Shown in pieces: positions 10,008-20,245 of a stretch of DNA of 64,000 nucleotides. Location of the stretch: assembly GCA_963753435.1 (NCBI GenBank), contig CAVWCF010000005.1:128001-192000 (forward strand), read 5' to 3'. The notes under the pieces were generated by a model. That model saw only the letters and a list, made by a program, of their open reading frames with translations, searched no databases and was not told the DNA's origin. The translations under genes were made by a program, and so were the position numbers. Position 1 is the first letter of the stretch. Each line of letters begins with the position of its first letter. The DNA is from an uncultured Actinomycetota bacterium (GTDB lineage Bacteria; Actinomycetota; Actinomycetes; CAVWCF01).

Positions 10008-12049
10008 GCTGGGCCGACGACCCGGAACTGGTCGCCACCTTCCGGGCCGAAGTGGAGGAGCGGCTCGCTTCGCTCACCTCTGGCCTGCTGCAGTTGGAGA
10101 AGGTCGGCCCGGGTCGGGAGTTGCTCGACCGGCTCTTCCGGGACGCGCACACGGTCAAGGGCTCGGCCCGGATGCTGGGTCTGGACGCGGTCGTCGAGTT
10201 GGCGCACCGCTGTGAGGACGTGTTCGGCGCGGTCCGGGACCAGCGAATTGAAGTCAGCAAGGCGCTGATCGACTTGTTGTTGGCCGCGACGTCAGGCATC
10301 GAGCGGCAGTTGCCAGGTGCCGAGCAGCCGCTGGTACCGGCGGACGCTGCTGCCCTGGTGGCGGCCCTGGAAGCTGCTCGCGACGGCGCGGACGTGGTGG
10401 TGCCGCAACTCAGCGAGGCAGTGGTCGAGGCGGTTGAGCGCGCTGACCTAGTGCGCATCCCCACTTCGCGAGTGCACCTGCTGGTCGACACCGTGGGTGA
10501 GGCGGAGCTACGCGCCCGACACGTCGGTGCGTCGGCGCTGGGCATTCATCGGCAGCTCGGCGAAATCGTTCGCGAGATGGAAGCGGCCGCGGCAACCGAC
10601 ACAGCGGAGTTGTTGACCCGGCTGGAGTCGATTCACGCCGCTGCCGAAGACCTGCGCCGTGACTCTGCCGACGCCGCCGAACGGCTGGTGAATGTGCGCG
10701 ACGCGGCGATGGCGCTGGCAATGGTGCCGTTGCGCCGCGTGGTCACCGCGTTCAATCAGTTGGTGCGCGAAGTTGCGCTGTCCGGTGGTCGGGACGTGGA
10801 CCTGGTTGTCACCGGCGCCGACGTCGAATTGGACGCGCGCGTTCTTGATGGAGTCGCCGATGCGCTGCGCCACTTGGTGACGAATGCCGTCGACCACGGG
10901 TGCGCCACCCCGGCGGAGCGCATCGCGGCCGGCAAGCCACCGCGCGCGACCGTTTCACTGCACGCGCGCGCTCTGGGGGCGGCCGTCGCGATCGAGGTTG
11001 CCGATGATGGTGCGGGCATCGATGTGCCAGCCGTGCTGCAGGCAACCGGCGCATCGGATCTGCTCGAAGCCCTCTGTCAGCCGGGGTTCTCCACCAGGTC
11101 CACGGTGACGACCACGTCCGGGCGCGGGGTTGGCCTGGATGTCGTGCGCCGAGCCGTTCAAGGACTCGGCGGCACCCTGCAGGTGGAGACATCGGGCGCG
11201 GGGACAAGGTTCACGCTGACCGTGCCGGTCACGCTCGGGGTCATGCGCTGTCTGATTGCCCGCATCGGGTCGCAGCGATATGCGATTCCGGTGGCCAACA
11301 TCGTGGAGTCGTTGGACCTGCGCACCACAGCCGTATACGACGTCGCTGGACGTCCGTGCCTGCTTCGTGGCGACGACCTGGTCCCGATTGCCTCGGTCGG
11401 GTCCGCACTCGCGGTGGAGTCCGGTTTCGGGGACCGGGCCGTTCTCGTCCGCCGTGGTGATCAGTTGTGGGCCTGGGCCGTTGACGAGTTGGTCGCCGAG
11501 CGCGAAGTTGTCGTCAAGGAGTTGGGCCCGTTCCTGGGTCGCAGCTCGAGATACCCAGGCGCCAGCTTGGACGAAGAAGGCCGCATCATCCCGCTGTTGG
11601 ATCTGCGGGACCTGGCCCCACACGACGGCAAGACCCCGCCCCTGGCCGCCGCCGCAGGATCCGCCGCGGAGCCCTCGCCGGCGGCCCGGATTCTCATCGT
11701 GGAGGACAGCGCCGGGGTCCGCGAACTGCAGCGCAGCATCCTCAGCGGCGCGGGGTATGAGGTCGACACCGCTGTTGACGGGACCGAAGGTGCAGCCAGG
11801 CTGACCGGCGAACCGGTCGATCTGGTGGTCTCCGACGTGGAGATGCCCGGCATGGACGGTTTCCGGCTGACCCGGACGATCCGGCGCACCCCCGGCTGGG
11901 AGCAAGTGCCCGTTGTGATCATGACTTCCCGTGGGGAAGAGGCCGACCAGCGCGCCGGCCTGGACGCAGGAGCTGACGCCTACTTGCTCAAGAGTTCGTT
12001 CGACTCGTCCGAACTCATCAGTACCGTCCGGCGGCTCGTAGGACGCTGA
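10004..12049 (+). CDS. cheA: CheA-like hybrid histidine kinase (Hpt-HATPase-CheW-REC)
   Basis: Hpt [13 protein letters not shown]-box [11 protein letters not shown]1 DDGAGID, GFST, G2 [10 protein letters not shown], CheW domain, C-terminal receiver (VEDS, SDVEMP, LLKS); ATGA overlap with MCP. Confidence 0.93.
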   Translation: MSWADDPELVATFRAEVEERLASLTSGLLQLEKVGPGRELLDRLFRDAHTVKGSARMLGLDAVVELAHRCEDVFGAVRDQRIEVSKALIDLLLAATSGIERQLPGAEQPLVPADAAALVAALEAARDGADVVVPQLSEAVVEAVERADLVRIPTSRVHLLVDTVGEAELRARHVGASALGIHRQLGEIVREMEAAAATDTAELLTRLESIHAAAEDLRRDSADAAERLVNVRDAAMALAMVPLRRVVTAFNQLVREVALSGGRDVDLVVTGADVELDARVLDGVADALRHLVTNAVDHGCATPAERIAAGKPPRATVSLHARALGAAVAIEVADDGAGIDVPAVLQATGASDLLEALCQPGFSTRSTVTTTSGRGVGLDVVRRAVQGLGGTLQVETSGAGTRFTLTVPVTLGVMRCLIARIGSQRYAIPVANIVESLDLRTTAVYDVAGRPCLLRGDDLVPIASVGSALAVESGFGDRAVLVRRGDQLWAWAVDELVAEREVVVKELGPFLGRSSRYPGASLDEEGRIIPLLDLRDLAPHDGKTPPLAAAAGSAAEPSPAARILIVEDSAGVRELQRSILSGAGYEVDTAVDGTEGAARLTGEPVDLVVSDVEMPGMDGFRLTRTIRRTPGWEQVPVVIMTSRGEEADQRAGLDAGADAYLLKSSFDSSELISTVRRLVGR

Positions 12050-12066
12050 CCGGTTCAGGAGGTGCC

Positions 12067-13035
12067 ATGCCCAAGGTCGTGATTGCCGACGACAGCCCCA
12101 CGCTGCGCCGCATCGTCGCCGCGGTCTTGGAGCGCGAAGGCTTCGAGGTAGTGAGCGTCGAGAACGGCATCCAAGCTGTTCAGGCGGTGTTCCGGGAGCA
12201 GCCGGACGCGGCGGTCCTGGACATCCAGATGCCCAGGTTGTCCGGTTATGTGGCAGTTCGCGTCCTGAAGGACGACTGGCAGACAGCGGACATCCCAGCC
12301 CTGCTGCTCACCAGCCTCGACGCCGCTGCCGACCGGTACTGGGGCAGCCTGGTTGGAGCCGAGGGCTTCCTCACCAAAGACTTCGAGGCGCCGGAACTGG
12401 TTTCGGCGGTGCAAGCCGCCATCAATGCCGCCGACGTGACTCGCGGTGGTCGTGCGCGGCACACGCCCGAACCGGTTGATCTGACCGACGATGACGTGTT
12501 CGCCCGTGTCAGTGACCTGCTTGACCGCAAGCTGTTTGAGTCGCAGGTGACCGCGGACGTCACGGCCATTCCGGCCGAGGCGCACGGATTCGAAGAGACC
12601 GTCGCGGCCGTGCTGCAGGTGGTCGCCCGGATCGCCGAGTACGACCTGGCCGGGGTGCTGATGCTGGACGACCTGGCCGCCTACTTGTCGGTTACGCGGG
12701 AGACGTCGACCCAGCAGTACGGGGAGTTCTTGACAGCGATGGCCGACGCCGCCGCGCAGGCCACCGGTGAGGCGGTCGGCGTGCACGACGTCACGCCGCG
12801 GATCGCCGACCCGGACGCCTTCCTCGGTGCGGAGGATGACGGCGAGATGGCCACCTTCTTGTCGATGCCGCTGCGGGCGCGCGGACGTGTCGTGGGGGTG
12901 TTGGGGCTGTCGAGCGCAGCCGCCAACGCATTCGGCGAATCCTCGCTCACCACGCTGCGGTTGATCGACTCCCCGGTGGCAGTCGTGGTCGACAACGCTC
13001 GCCTGCACCGGGCGGCCGCACAGCCCACCGCCTGA
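12067..13035 (+). CDS. Response regulator with receiver plus C-terminal GAF-like domain
   Basis: REC motifs IADDS, LDIQMP, LLTS, LTKD; GAF-like FLSMPLRARGRVVGVLGL...DNARLH; AGGAGG RBS. Confidence 0.88.
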   Translation: MPKVVIADDSPTLRRIVAAVLEREGFEVVSVENGIQAVQAVFREQPDAAVLDIQMPRLSGYVAVRVLKDDWQTADIPALLLTSLDAAADRYWGSLVGAEGFLTKDFEAPELVSAVQAAINAADVTRGGRARHTPEPVDLTDDDVFARVSDLLDRKLFESQVTADVTAIPAEAHGFEETVAAVLQVVARIAEYDLAGVLMLDDLAAYLSVTRETSTQQYGEFLTAMADAAAQATGEAVGVHDVTPRIADPDAFLGAEDDGEMATFLSMPLRARGRVVGVLGLSSAAANAFGESSLTTLRLIDSPVAVVVDNARLHRAAAQPTA

Positions 13036-13117
13036 CCCGTCGCCGGGACGAAAACCCGCAGCCTGACCTGCGCGCCGAGCAGCCGAAGGTTTGCTCCCTT
13101 AGGGTGCGGGGGATCAC

Positions 13118-14896
13118 ATGTCAGTGCCTCCAGTCGACTCAGCGCCCGGTTCCAGGCCCTCTCGCGCCCTGGTTCTGGTTGGTGCTGCCCTGGCCGCCGC
13201 GGCAGTCACATACCTACTGCTCGTCCTGACCAACGGGGACATTCCCCGGGGCACGAGCGTCCTGGGGATCCCGCTGGACGGTCAGTCCACGGACGAGGCG
13301 CTGGCCACATTGAACGCCGAGGCTGATCGGGCCGTTGTACCGATTCCGGTGACGGCTGGCGCGGTTAGTGCCGATTTGGACCCAGCGCAGGCGGGGCTGA
13401 CCTGGGACATCCCGGCAACCGTTGCTGCGGCCGCAAAGCCGGTCTGGAACCCGCTGCTGCTGCTCGGCGGACTGTTCGGCAGCAGCGACGTGGATCCGGT
13501 CGTGACGGCAGATGCGGAGTCCTTGCGCACGGAGTTGGACGCCCTCGCTGCCGACGCCGATGTGCCCGTCGTAGAGGGGTCGGTGCAGTTCGCCGACGGG
13601 GTGGCAACGGCGATCGAACCGGTTCCTGGCTCGCAACTGGACCTGGACGCCGCCGCCGAGGCGGTCATCGCCGGGTACCTGCGCACGCAGGACCCGGTCG
13701 AACTGCCCATGCGGGAGGTGCCGGTAACCATCTCCGCCGACGAGGTGCAGCGGGCGCTGACGGAGTTTGCCGAGCCGGCGTTGTCGGCGCCGGTGGCGGT
13801 CACCGTGGGCGGCCAAACGGTCACCGTCACACCGGAGCAACTGTCCGCGGCGCTGAGCGTGGAGGCGGTCGACGGCAGTCTGCAGCCGCGGCTGGACGCC
13901 GACGCGCTGGTCGCGGCGTCGCCGGGGCTTACCGACGTTGAGTCGCCGGCCACGGATGCCGTGATCGACGTGGTCGGGGGTGCCGTGACCATCGCCCCGT
14001 CCAAACCGGGACGGGAGTTCGATACCGCGCAGCTGGCCGAGGCAGTGCTGCCGGTACTGACCGAAACCGGGTCCGGGCGGCAGGCTTCGGCGGTGCTGAG
14101 GACCCTTGAGGCCGACCTCACGACTGCGGAGGCGCAAGCCTTGGGGGTGGTCGAAGAGGTCTCCTCTTATCGCACGACCTATCCATATGCCGCCTACCGG
14201 CTGACGAACATCCACCGCGCGGCGGACCTGATCGACGGTGTGCTGCTGTTGCCCGGTGAGACCTTCAGTCTCAACGAAACCGTGGGGGAGCGCACCGAGG
14301 CCAACGGTTTCGCCAAAGGCACGATCATCAAGGACGGTCGCTTCTTCGAGGACTTCGGCGGCGGCGTCTCCCAGGTGGCGACCACCGCGTTCAACGCAAT
14401 GTTCTTCGCTGGCCTCGAGGATGTTGAGCACAAGCCGCACTCGTTCTACATCAGCCGCTACCCGGTCGGGCGCGAAGCCACCGTTGCGTGGCCGGTCGTC
14501 GACTTGCGGTTCCGCAACGATTCGCCGCACGGGGTACTGGTGAAGACCAGCTACACCGACAGATCGGTCACCGTGTCGCTGTGGAGCACCAAGGTCTGGG
14601 ACATCGAATCCATCACCGGCCCGCGCACCGATCGCAAGGCACCAAAGACCGTGTACGACCCCTCCGACAAGTGCTTGCCGCAGTCGCCGGTGGACGGGTT
14701 CCGCATCGTCGTCACGCGGGTCTTCAAGAAGGGCGACGAAGAGGTCAAGCGCGAGGACTTCAAGACCACCTATCGGCCGGCTGACCGGGTGCTTTGCCGT
14801 GCCGAGCCGAAGCCGGCGCCATCGCCATCGGCTTCGCCTTCCGCCAGTGCGTCGCCGTCGCCTTCGCCGACCCCCACACCGACGGCCTCGCCCTAG
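13118..14896 (+). CDS. VanW family / peptidoglycan-binding membrane-anchored protein
   Basis: N-terminal TM; NIHRAA, PGETFSLNETVGERT, GGGVSQVATT, HSFYISRYPVGREATV; Pro/Ser/Thr-rich tail. Confidence 0.9.
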   Translation: MSVPPVDSAPGSRPSRALVLVGAALAAAAVTYLLLVLTNGDIPRGTSVLGIPLDGQSTDEALATLNAEADRAVVPIPVTAGAVSADLDPAQAGLTWDIPATVAAAAKPVWNPLLLLGGLFGSSDVDPVVTADAESLRTELDALAADADVPVVEGSVQFADGVATAIEPVPGSQLDLDAAAEAVIAGYLRTQDPVELPMREVPVTISADEVQRALTEFAEPALSAPVAVTVGGQTVTVTPEQLSAALSVEAVDGSLQPRLDADALVAASPGLTDVESPATDAVIDVVGGAVTIAPSKPGREFDTAQLAEAVLPVLTETGSGRQASAVLRTLEADLTTAEAQALGVVEEVSSYRTTYPYAAYRLTNIHRAADLIDGVLLLPGETFSLNETVGERTEANGFAKGTIIKDGRFFEDFGGGVSQVATTAFNAMFFAGLEDVEHKPHSFYISRYPVGREATVAWPVVDLRFRNDSPHGVLVKTSYTDRSVTVSLWSTKVWDIESITGPRTDRKAPKTVYDPSDKCLPQSPVDGFRIVVTRVFKKGDEEVKREDFKTTYRPADRVLCRAEPKPAPSPSASPSASASPSPSPTPTPTASP

Positions 14897-14900
14897 CCAC

Positions 14901-16286
14901 TCAGTTCAGCGACCAGGTCTGTCCATCTTTGGTGTCAGCAACCTCGACACCGAGGGCAGCGAGTTCAGCCCGTAGCCGGTCCGACTCGGGGAAGTCCTTG
15001 CGGCTGCGCGCCTCAGCCCGCGCGTCAAGTAGCTCCTGCGCACCGTCCGGTAGCGCCGCCGCCGGGCGGCCGACCTCGCGGGTCAGGTCCAGTCCCAGTA
15101 GCCGGTCGGCCGCTGCGGCGGTCTCGAACTTCGCCCCATCCGGCACGGCCGCGCGCTCCAGTGCACGTAGCGCCTGCAGCGCCCTTGGGGTGTCCAGGTC
15201 GTCGGCGAAGGCAGCTGTCACTGCCGCCAGGAGGTCGCGGTCGGCCGGCGCCGACGGGGCCTCCGCCCAAGTGGCCACGCTGCGGCGCCAACGCCGCAGT
15301 TGCGCGTCTGCGGCTGTCAGTGCCGCCCAGGACAGGTCGGCCTGCGTTCGGTAGCGCATCTGCAAGAACGCCAGCCGCAAGGAAAGCGGGTCCAGACCAC
15401 GTTGGCTGACGTCGCTCAGCAGCACCACGTTTCCGGCCGACTTGGCCATCTTGCGTCCTTCGAACAGCAGGTGTTCCCCATGCACCCAGTGGCGCACGGT
15501 CTGCGACCCGACGGCAGCGTCGGACTGCGCCCGTTCGTCCTCGTGGTGCGGGAAGCGCAGGTCGATGCCGCCCACGTGGACATCCACGTCCGGGCCCAGG
15601 TGGTGCAGCAACATCGCGGAGCATTCGATGTGCCAGCCGGGGAATCCCGGCCCCCACGGGGAGTCCCAGACCATCTGGCGCCGCTGCCCGGCCCGCTTCC
15701 AGAGTGCCCAGTCGGCGTGGAATCGCTTGGCGTCATCAACTTGCTCCAGTCGGTGGCCGGGCTTGAGGTCGGCCAACCGGTTGCCGCTGAGCTCGCCATA
15801 TCCGGCGAACGACTGGGCGTCGAAGAACACCGAGCCGTCGGCACCGACGTAGGCATGTCCACCGTCGATGAGCCTGGCGATCAGGTCGATCATCAGCTCG
15901 ATCGAATCGCTGGCCCGCGGATACGCATCCGCGGGCAACACGTTCAAGGCGGCCAGGTCCGCGTGGAAGCGCCGTTCGTACTCGCGGGCCACGGCGAACG
16001 GGTCACGACCCTCCTTGGCCGCGGCCGCGAGCAGCTTGTCCTCGCCGTCGACCGCCAGATCGTCGTCGGCGGCCATGTGGCCGACATCGGTGATGTTCTG
16101 GACCAGGCGCACCTGGAGGCCCTCGAACTCCGCGGTACGCCGGATCAGGTCGCCCAGCAGGAACGTTCGTAGGTTGCCGACGTGGGCGTCGCGGTAGACG
16201 GTCGGCCCGCAGCAGTACATCCGCAGGATTGGCCCGTCGGGCTCGATTGCCTCGACCTGTCGAGTCGCCGTGTCGTACAGCCGCAT
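14901..16286 (-). CDS. cysS: Cysteine--tRNA ligase (possibly a second paralog)
   Basis: CGPTVY, HVGN (HIGH), NITDV, PGWHIECSAM, FPHHEDE, KMAKS, DDLDTP, C-terminal anticodon-binding region. Confidence 0.9.
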   Translation of the reverse strand: MRLYDTATRQVEAIEPDGPILRMYCCGPTVYRDAHVGNLRTFLLGDLIRRTAEFEGLQVRLVQNITDVGHMAADDDLAVDGEDKLLAAAAKEGRDPFAVAREYERRFHADLAALNVLPADAYPRASDSIELMIDLIARLIDGGHAYVGADGSVFFDAQSFAGYGELSGNRLADLKPGHRLEQVDDAKRFHADWALWKRAGQRRQMVWDSPWGPGFPGWHIECSAMLLHHLGPDVDVHVGGIDLRFPHHEDERAQSDAAVGSQTVRHWVHGEHLLFEGRKMAKSAGNVVLLSDVSQRGLDPLSLRLAFLQMRYRTQADLSWAALTAADAQLRRWRRSVATWAEAPSAPADRDLLAAVTAAFADDLDTPRALQALRALERAAVPDGAKFETAAAADRLLGLDLTREVGRPAAALPDGAQELLDARAEARSRKDFPESDRLRAELAALGVEVADTKDGQTWSLN

Positions 16287-16419
16287 GCGCCCAACCTATG
16301 ACGGCACCTCCTGGCGCCGACTTGCGCGGGCCGCAGGGGTGGGTGTCGTGGCCGATGTGGCCGCGGGGATACTAGATTTCGGCTCGGCCCTCAGGCCGAG
16401 GACCGGGATAGGAGGACCC

Positions 16420-16746
16420 GTGACCTACGTCATCGCCCAGCCCTGTGTGGACGTGTTGGACAAGGCGTGCATCGAGGAGTGCCCTGTCGACTGCATCTAT
16501 GAGGGCGAGCGGATGCTCTACATCCACCCCGATGAGTGCGTTGACTGCGGCGCCTGCGAGCCGGTGTGCCCGGTAGAGGCGATCTTCTATGAAGACGACG
16601 TGCCCGAGCAGTGGAAAGACTTCTACAAGGCGAACGTCGAGTTCTTCGACGACCTCGGCTCCCCAGGTGGTGCCGCCAAGCTCGGCAAGATTGACAAGGA
16701 CCACCCGCTGGTCGCCGCTCTGCCGCCGCAGGGCGAGGGTTCCTGA
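16420..16746 (+). CDS. fdxA: 7Fe ferredoxin
   Basis: TYVIAQPCVDVLDKACIEECPVDCIY...CVDCGACEPVCPVEAI; GGAGG RBS before GTG 16420. Confidence 0.95.
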   Translation: MTYVIAQPCVDVLDKACIEECPVDCIYEGERMLYIHPDECVDCGACEPVCPVEAIFYEDDVPEQWKDFYKANVEFFDDLGSPGGAAKLGKIDKDHPLVAALPPQGEGS

Positions 16747-16801
16747 CCGCTTGACTGACTCCACCGCCGCGCCGTCCACCCCCGGGTGGGCGGCGTCGCG
16801 C

Positions 16802-17896
16802 ATGTCTGAGCGTCTCCCGGTGTTTCCGTGGGACACCGTTGCCGACCTGGCCGCCACCGCATCCGCGCACCCCGCCGGCGTCATCGACCTGTCGGTCGGC
16901 ACGCCCGTGGACCCGGTCCCGGAGGTGGCCCAACAAGCACTCGCCGCGGCCGCGGACTCGCCCGGTTACCCGGCCACCGCCGGTTCGGCGTCACTTCGGT
17001 TAGCCGCCGCCGAGTGGCTGCAGCGGCGCACTGGAGCGGTCGGCATGGATCCGGATCGGCACGTGCTGCCGAGCATCGGCAGCAAGGAACTCGTGGCTTG
17101 GTTGCCCACCCTGCTGGGGCTGGGCGCCGATGACCTGGTCATGGTCCCCGAACTGGCCTACCCCACGTACGAGATTGGGGTACGGCTCGCCGGTGCGGTG
17201 CCGCTGCGCGCCGATGCGACGAGCGCGCTCGGCCCCCAACGGCCCGCCCTGATCTGGATCAACACGCCAGCCAACCCATCCGGCCGCGTCCTCGGTGTCG
17301 AGCACCTGCGCAAGATGGTTGCTTTTGCCCGGCAGCGCGGCGCACTGCTGGTTTCTGACGAGTGCTACCTGGAACTGGGCTGGGACGTCCGCCCCGTTTC
17401 GGTGCTGCACCGAGACGTCTGCGACGGCGATGTGACTGGGCTCCTGGCAGTGCACTCGCTGTCGAAACGCTCCAACCTCGCCGGGTACCGGGCTGGTCTG
17501 GTCGCCGGCGACCCGGGTGTGATCTCCGAGTTGCTCGCGGTGCGCAAGCACGCCGGCATGATGACCCCGGCTCCCGTGCAAGCGGCGGCCGCAGCGGCTT
17601 GGGGCGACGACGAGCACGTCAACGTCCAGCGGTCCCGGTACCGCCGGCGCCGCGACGTGCTGGCTGCAGGACTGCGGGCCGCCGGGTTCCGAATCGATGA
17701 CTCCGAGGCGGGCTTGTATCTGTGGGTCACGCGCGGGGAACCGGCCCGCCAGACAGCCGCCTGGCTGGCTGATCGGGGCTTGCTGGTGGCCCCCGGTGAC
17801 TTCTACGGACCGGCTGGACGAGACCATGTACGGGTGGCGCTGACCGTTTCTGACGCCGGCGCCGAGGACGCAGCCGAACGTTTGGCGGCCGGATGA
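16802..17896 (+). CDS. dapC: N-succinyldiaminopimelate aminotransferase
   Basis: LPVFPWD, DLSVGTPVDP, SDECY, SLSKRSNLAGYRAG; follows fdxA. Confidence 0.92.
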   Translation: MSERLPVFPWDTVADLAATASAHPAGVIDLSVGTPVDPVPEVAQQALAAAADSPGYPATAGSASLRLAAAEWLQRRTGAVGMDPDRHVLPSIGSKELVAWLPTLLGLGADDLVMVPELAYPTYEIGVRLAGAVPLRADATSALGPQRPALIWINTPANPSGRVLGVEHLRKMVAFARQRGALLVSDECYLELGWDVRPVSVLHRDVCDGDVTGLLAVHSLSKRSNLAGYRAGLVAGDPGVISELLAVRKHAGMMTPAPVQAAAAAAWGDDEHVNVQRSRYRRRRDVLAAGLRAAGFRIDDSEAGLYLWVTRGEPARQTAAWLADRGLLVAPGDFYGPAGRDHVRVALTVSDAGAEDAAERLAAG

Positions 17897-17941
17897 ACCG
17901 GCGCGTGCCGCGATCAGATCGAAACTGCAGAGGGGAATCGC

Positions 17942-19225
17942 ATGTCTGACTACTCGCTCCGCCACCCCGGAGGCGAGCTGCCGCTGGCCGTGAACAAGGC
18001 GGTTGATGGCTCCAGCGGGCTGGACATCGCCGCGCTGCTGAAGGAGACCGGTCACGTCACGCTGGACTCCGGTTTCGTGAACACCGCGTCCTGCTCCTCG
18101 GAGATCACGTTCATCGACGGCGACGCCGGCATCCTGCGCTACCGCGGCTACCCGATCGAGCAGCTGGCTGAGCAGTCGACGTTCCTGGAGACGACCTACC
18201 TGCTGATCTACGGCGAGCTGCCCTCCGCCGGCGAACTCAGCGACTTCGCCGAGCGCATCCAGCGGCACACGATGCTGCACGAGGACCTGCGCCGCTTCTT
18301 CGACGGATTCCCGCGCGACGCGCACCCGATGGCCGTGCTGTCCAGCGCCGTCAGCGCGTTGTCGACGTTCTACCAGGACAGCCTGGATCCGTTCGACCCC
18401 GAACACGTCGAGATCTCCACCGTCCGACTGCTGGCGAAGTTGCCGACGATCGCTGCCTACGCTTACAAGAAGTCGATCGGTCAGCCGTTCCTGTACCCGG
18501 ACAACGCCCTCGGCCCGACCGAGAACTTCTTGCGGATGACCTTCGGTGTCCCCGCCGAGTCGTACGAGGTGGACCCGGCCATTGCCCGCGCCCTGGACGT
18601 CCTGTTCATCCTGCACGGTGACCACGAGCAGAACTGTTCGACTTCGACGGTGCGCATGGTCGGATCCAGTCACGCCAACCTCTTCGCGTCGGTGTCGGCC
18701 GGAATCAACGCCCTGTTCGGGCCGCTGCACGGCGGCGCCAACCAGGCAGTGCTGGAGATGCTGCAGGGGATCCACGACTCCGACGACGACGTGTCCGCCT
18801 TCGTGCAGCGGGTGAAGAACCGCGAGGACGGCGTACGCCTGATGGGCTTCGGTCACCGCGTCTACAAGAACTACGACCCCCGGGCCCGAGTGATCAAGCA
18901 GATCGCGGACGAGGTGTTGGCGCAGCAGCGGGTCAACGACCCGTTGTTGGACATCGCCAAAGCGCTGGAAGAGGTGGCTCTGGCCGATGACTTCTTCGTC
19001 TCGCGGCGCCTGTACCCGAACGTGGACTTCTACACCGGGATGATCTACAAGGCGATGGGCTTCCCGCAGAAGATGTTCACGGTGCTGTTCGCGCTGGGGC
19101 GCCTGCCCGGCTGGATCGCCCAGTGGCGGGAGATGATCGAGGACCCGCAGACGAAGATCGGTCGGCCGCGTCAGGTCTACGTCGGCGCACCTGAGCGCGC
19201 CTACGTGCAGCTGTCCGACCGCTGA
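17942..19225 (+). CDS. gltA: Citrate synthase
   Basis: DHEQNCSTS, GPLHGGAN, LMGFGHRVYKNYDPR, YPNVDFY. Confidence 0.96.
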   Translation: MSDYSLRHPGGELPLAVNKAVDGSSGLDIAALLKETGHVTLDSGFVNTASCSSEITFIDGDAGILRYRGYPIEQLAEQSTFLETTYLLIYGELPSAGELSDFAERIQRHTMLHEDLRRFFDGFPRDAHPMAVLSSAVSALSTFYQDSLDPFDPEHVEISTVRLLAKLPTIAAYAYKKSIGQPFLYPDNALGPTENFLRMTFGVPAESYEVDPAIARALDVLFILHGDHEQNCSTSTVRMVGSSHANLFASVSAGINALFGPLHGGANQAVLEMLQGIHDSDDDVSAFVQRVKNREDGVRLMGFGHRVYKNYDPRARVIKQIADEVLAQQRVNDPLLDIAKALEEVALADDFFVSRRLYPNVDFYTGMIYKAMGFPQKMFTVLFALGRLPGWIAQWREMIEDPQTKIGRPRQVYVGAPERAYVQLSDR

Positions 19226-19237
19226 GGAAACGCTTCG

Positions 19238-20245
19238 TCAGTCGTTGGCGTGCAGGTCGGCGTTCAGGCCGCCCCACGTCCCGGTGCGGGGGAGCGCCTC
19301 GATCGCGCCGCTGACGGAGTTGCGTCGGAAGAGCAGCCCCGCCCGCCCAGACAGGTCGCGGGCCTTGGCGATCACGCCGTCCGGCAGCGTCACCTTGGTC
19401 CCCGCGGTCACGTAGCAGCCGGCTTCGACGACGCAGTCGTCGCCGAGGCTGATCCCAATGCCCGCGTTGGCGCCGATCAGGCAGCGTGCGCCTACGGAGA
19501 CGACCTCCTCGCCGCCGCCTGACAGCGTCCCCATGATCGAGGCGCCGCCGCCGAGGTCGCTGCCGTCACCGAGTACGACACCGGCGCTGATCCGCCCCTC
19601 GACCATTGACGCACCGAGGGTGCCGGCGTTGAAGTTGACGAAGCCCTCGTGCATCACTGTCGTGCCTTCAGCCAGGTGGGCGCCAAGGCGGACACGGTCG
19701 GCGTCGGCGATGCGAACGCCACTGGGCAAGACGTAGTCGACCATGCGGGGGAACTTGTCCACTCCGTACACGTGCAAGGGGCCGCGGGCGCGCAACCCCA
19801 CGCGGAGTTCGTTCAGTTGATCGGCCGCGACCGGTCCCTGACTGGTCCAGGCGACGTTGGCCAGGAGTCCGAACACTCCGTCCAGGTTGATGGTCCGAGG
19901 CTGAGCCAGCCGACTGCTGAGCAGGTGCAGTCGCAGGTAGACGTCGGTGGCGTCGCCAGGGGGTGCGTCCAAGTCCTCGATCACGCAGGCGACTGCGACC
20001 ACTTCCACCGCCCGGGCCGGATCGGGCCCGACGATCCCGGCGGCGGACTCGCCCAGAAGCTCCTTGGCGTCCGCGGCGCTCAGCCGTTGGGTCCCCGGCG
20101 CTCCGGAGCCCCCCGCGCCGCCTACCGCCGGGGGGTCGCCGCCCATCCCGATCCGGGCGAACGCGACATCCAAGGTGCGTCCGTCGTCGGCGACGGTCGC
20201 GAATCCGACACCGTGGGCGCTTCGAGGGCTCTGTGGATCGGTCAC
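19238..20245 (-). CDS. dapD: Tetrahydrodipicolinate N-succinyltransferase
   Basis: [41 protein letters not shown]. Confidence 0.95.
   Translation of the reverse strand: MTDPQSPRSAHGVGFATVADDGRTLDVAFARIGMGGDPPAVGGAGGSGAPGTQRLSAADAKELLGESAAGIVGPDPARAVEVVAVACVIEDLDAPPGDATDVYLRLHLLSSRLAQPRTINLDGVFGLLANVAWTSQGPVAADQLNELRVGLRARGPLHVYGVDKFPRMVDYVLPSGVRIADADRVRLGAHLAEGTTVMHEGFVNFNAGTLGASMVEGRISAGVVLGDGSDLGGGASIMGTLSGGGEEVVSVGARCLIGANAGIGISLGDDCVVEAGCYVTAGTKVTLPDGVIAKARDLSGRAGLLFRRNSVSGAIEALPRTGTWGGLNADLHAND

Noticed and set aside
14808-14893. Pro/Ser/Thr repeat at the vanW C-terminus
   Set aside because: Ordinary low-complexity linker of actinobacterial surface proteins
13118-14896. vanW as vancomycin resistance
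   Set aside because: No vanHAX/vanRS; VanW-domain genes near fdxA-dapC are ordinary actinobacterial genes
14901-16286. MshC, given nearby mshB
   Set aside because: Has CGPTVY and a C-terminal anticodon-binding region, not the MshC CGITPY signature
17000-18856. Long antisense ORFs (also 258-1541, 6386-7789, 31206-33488, 60949-62307 and others)
   Set aside because: Shadow frames of real genes caused by high-GC codon bias; no recognisable motifs
17942-19225. Citrate synthase among dap genes as a novelty
   Set aside because: I recall the fdxA-dapC-gltA-dapD-dapE order from other actinobacteria
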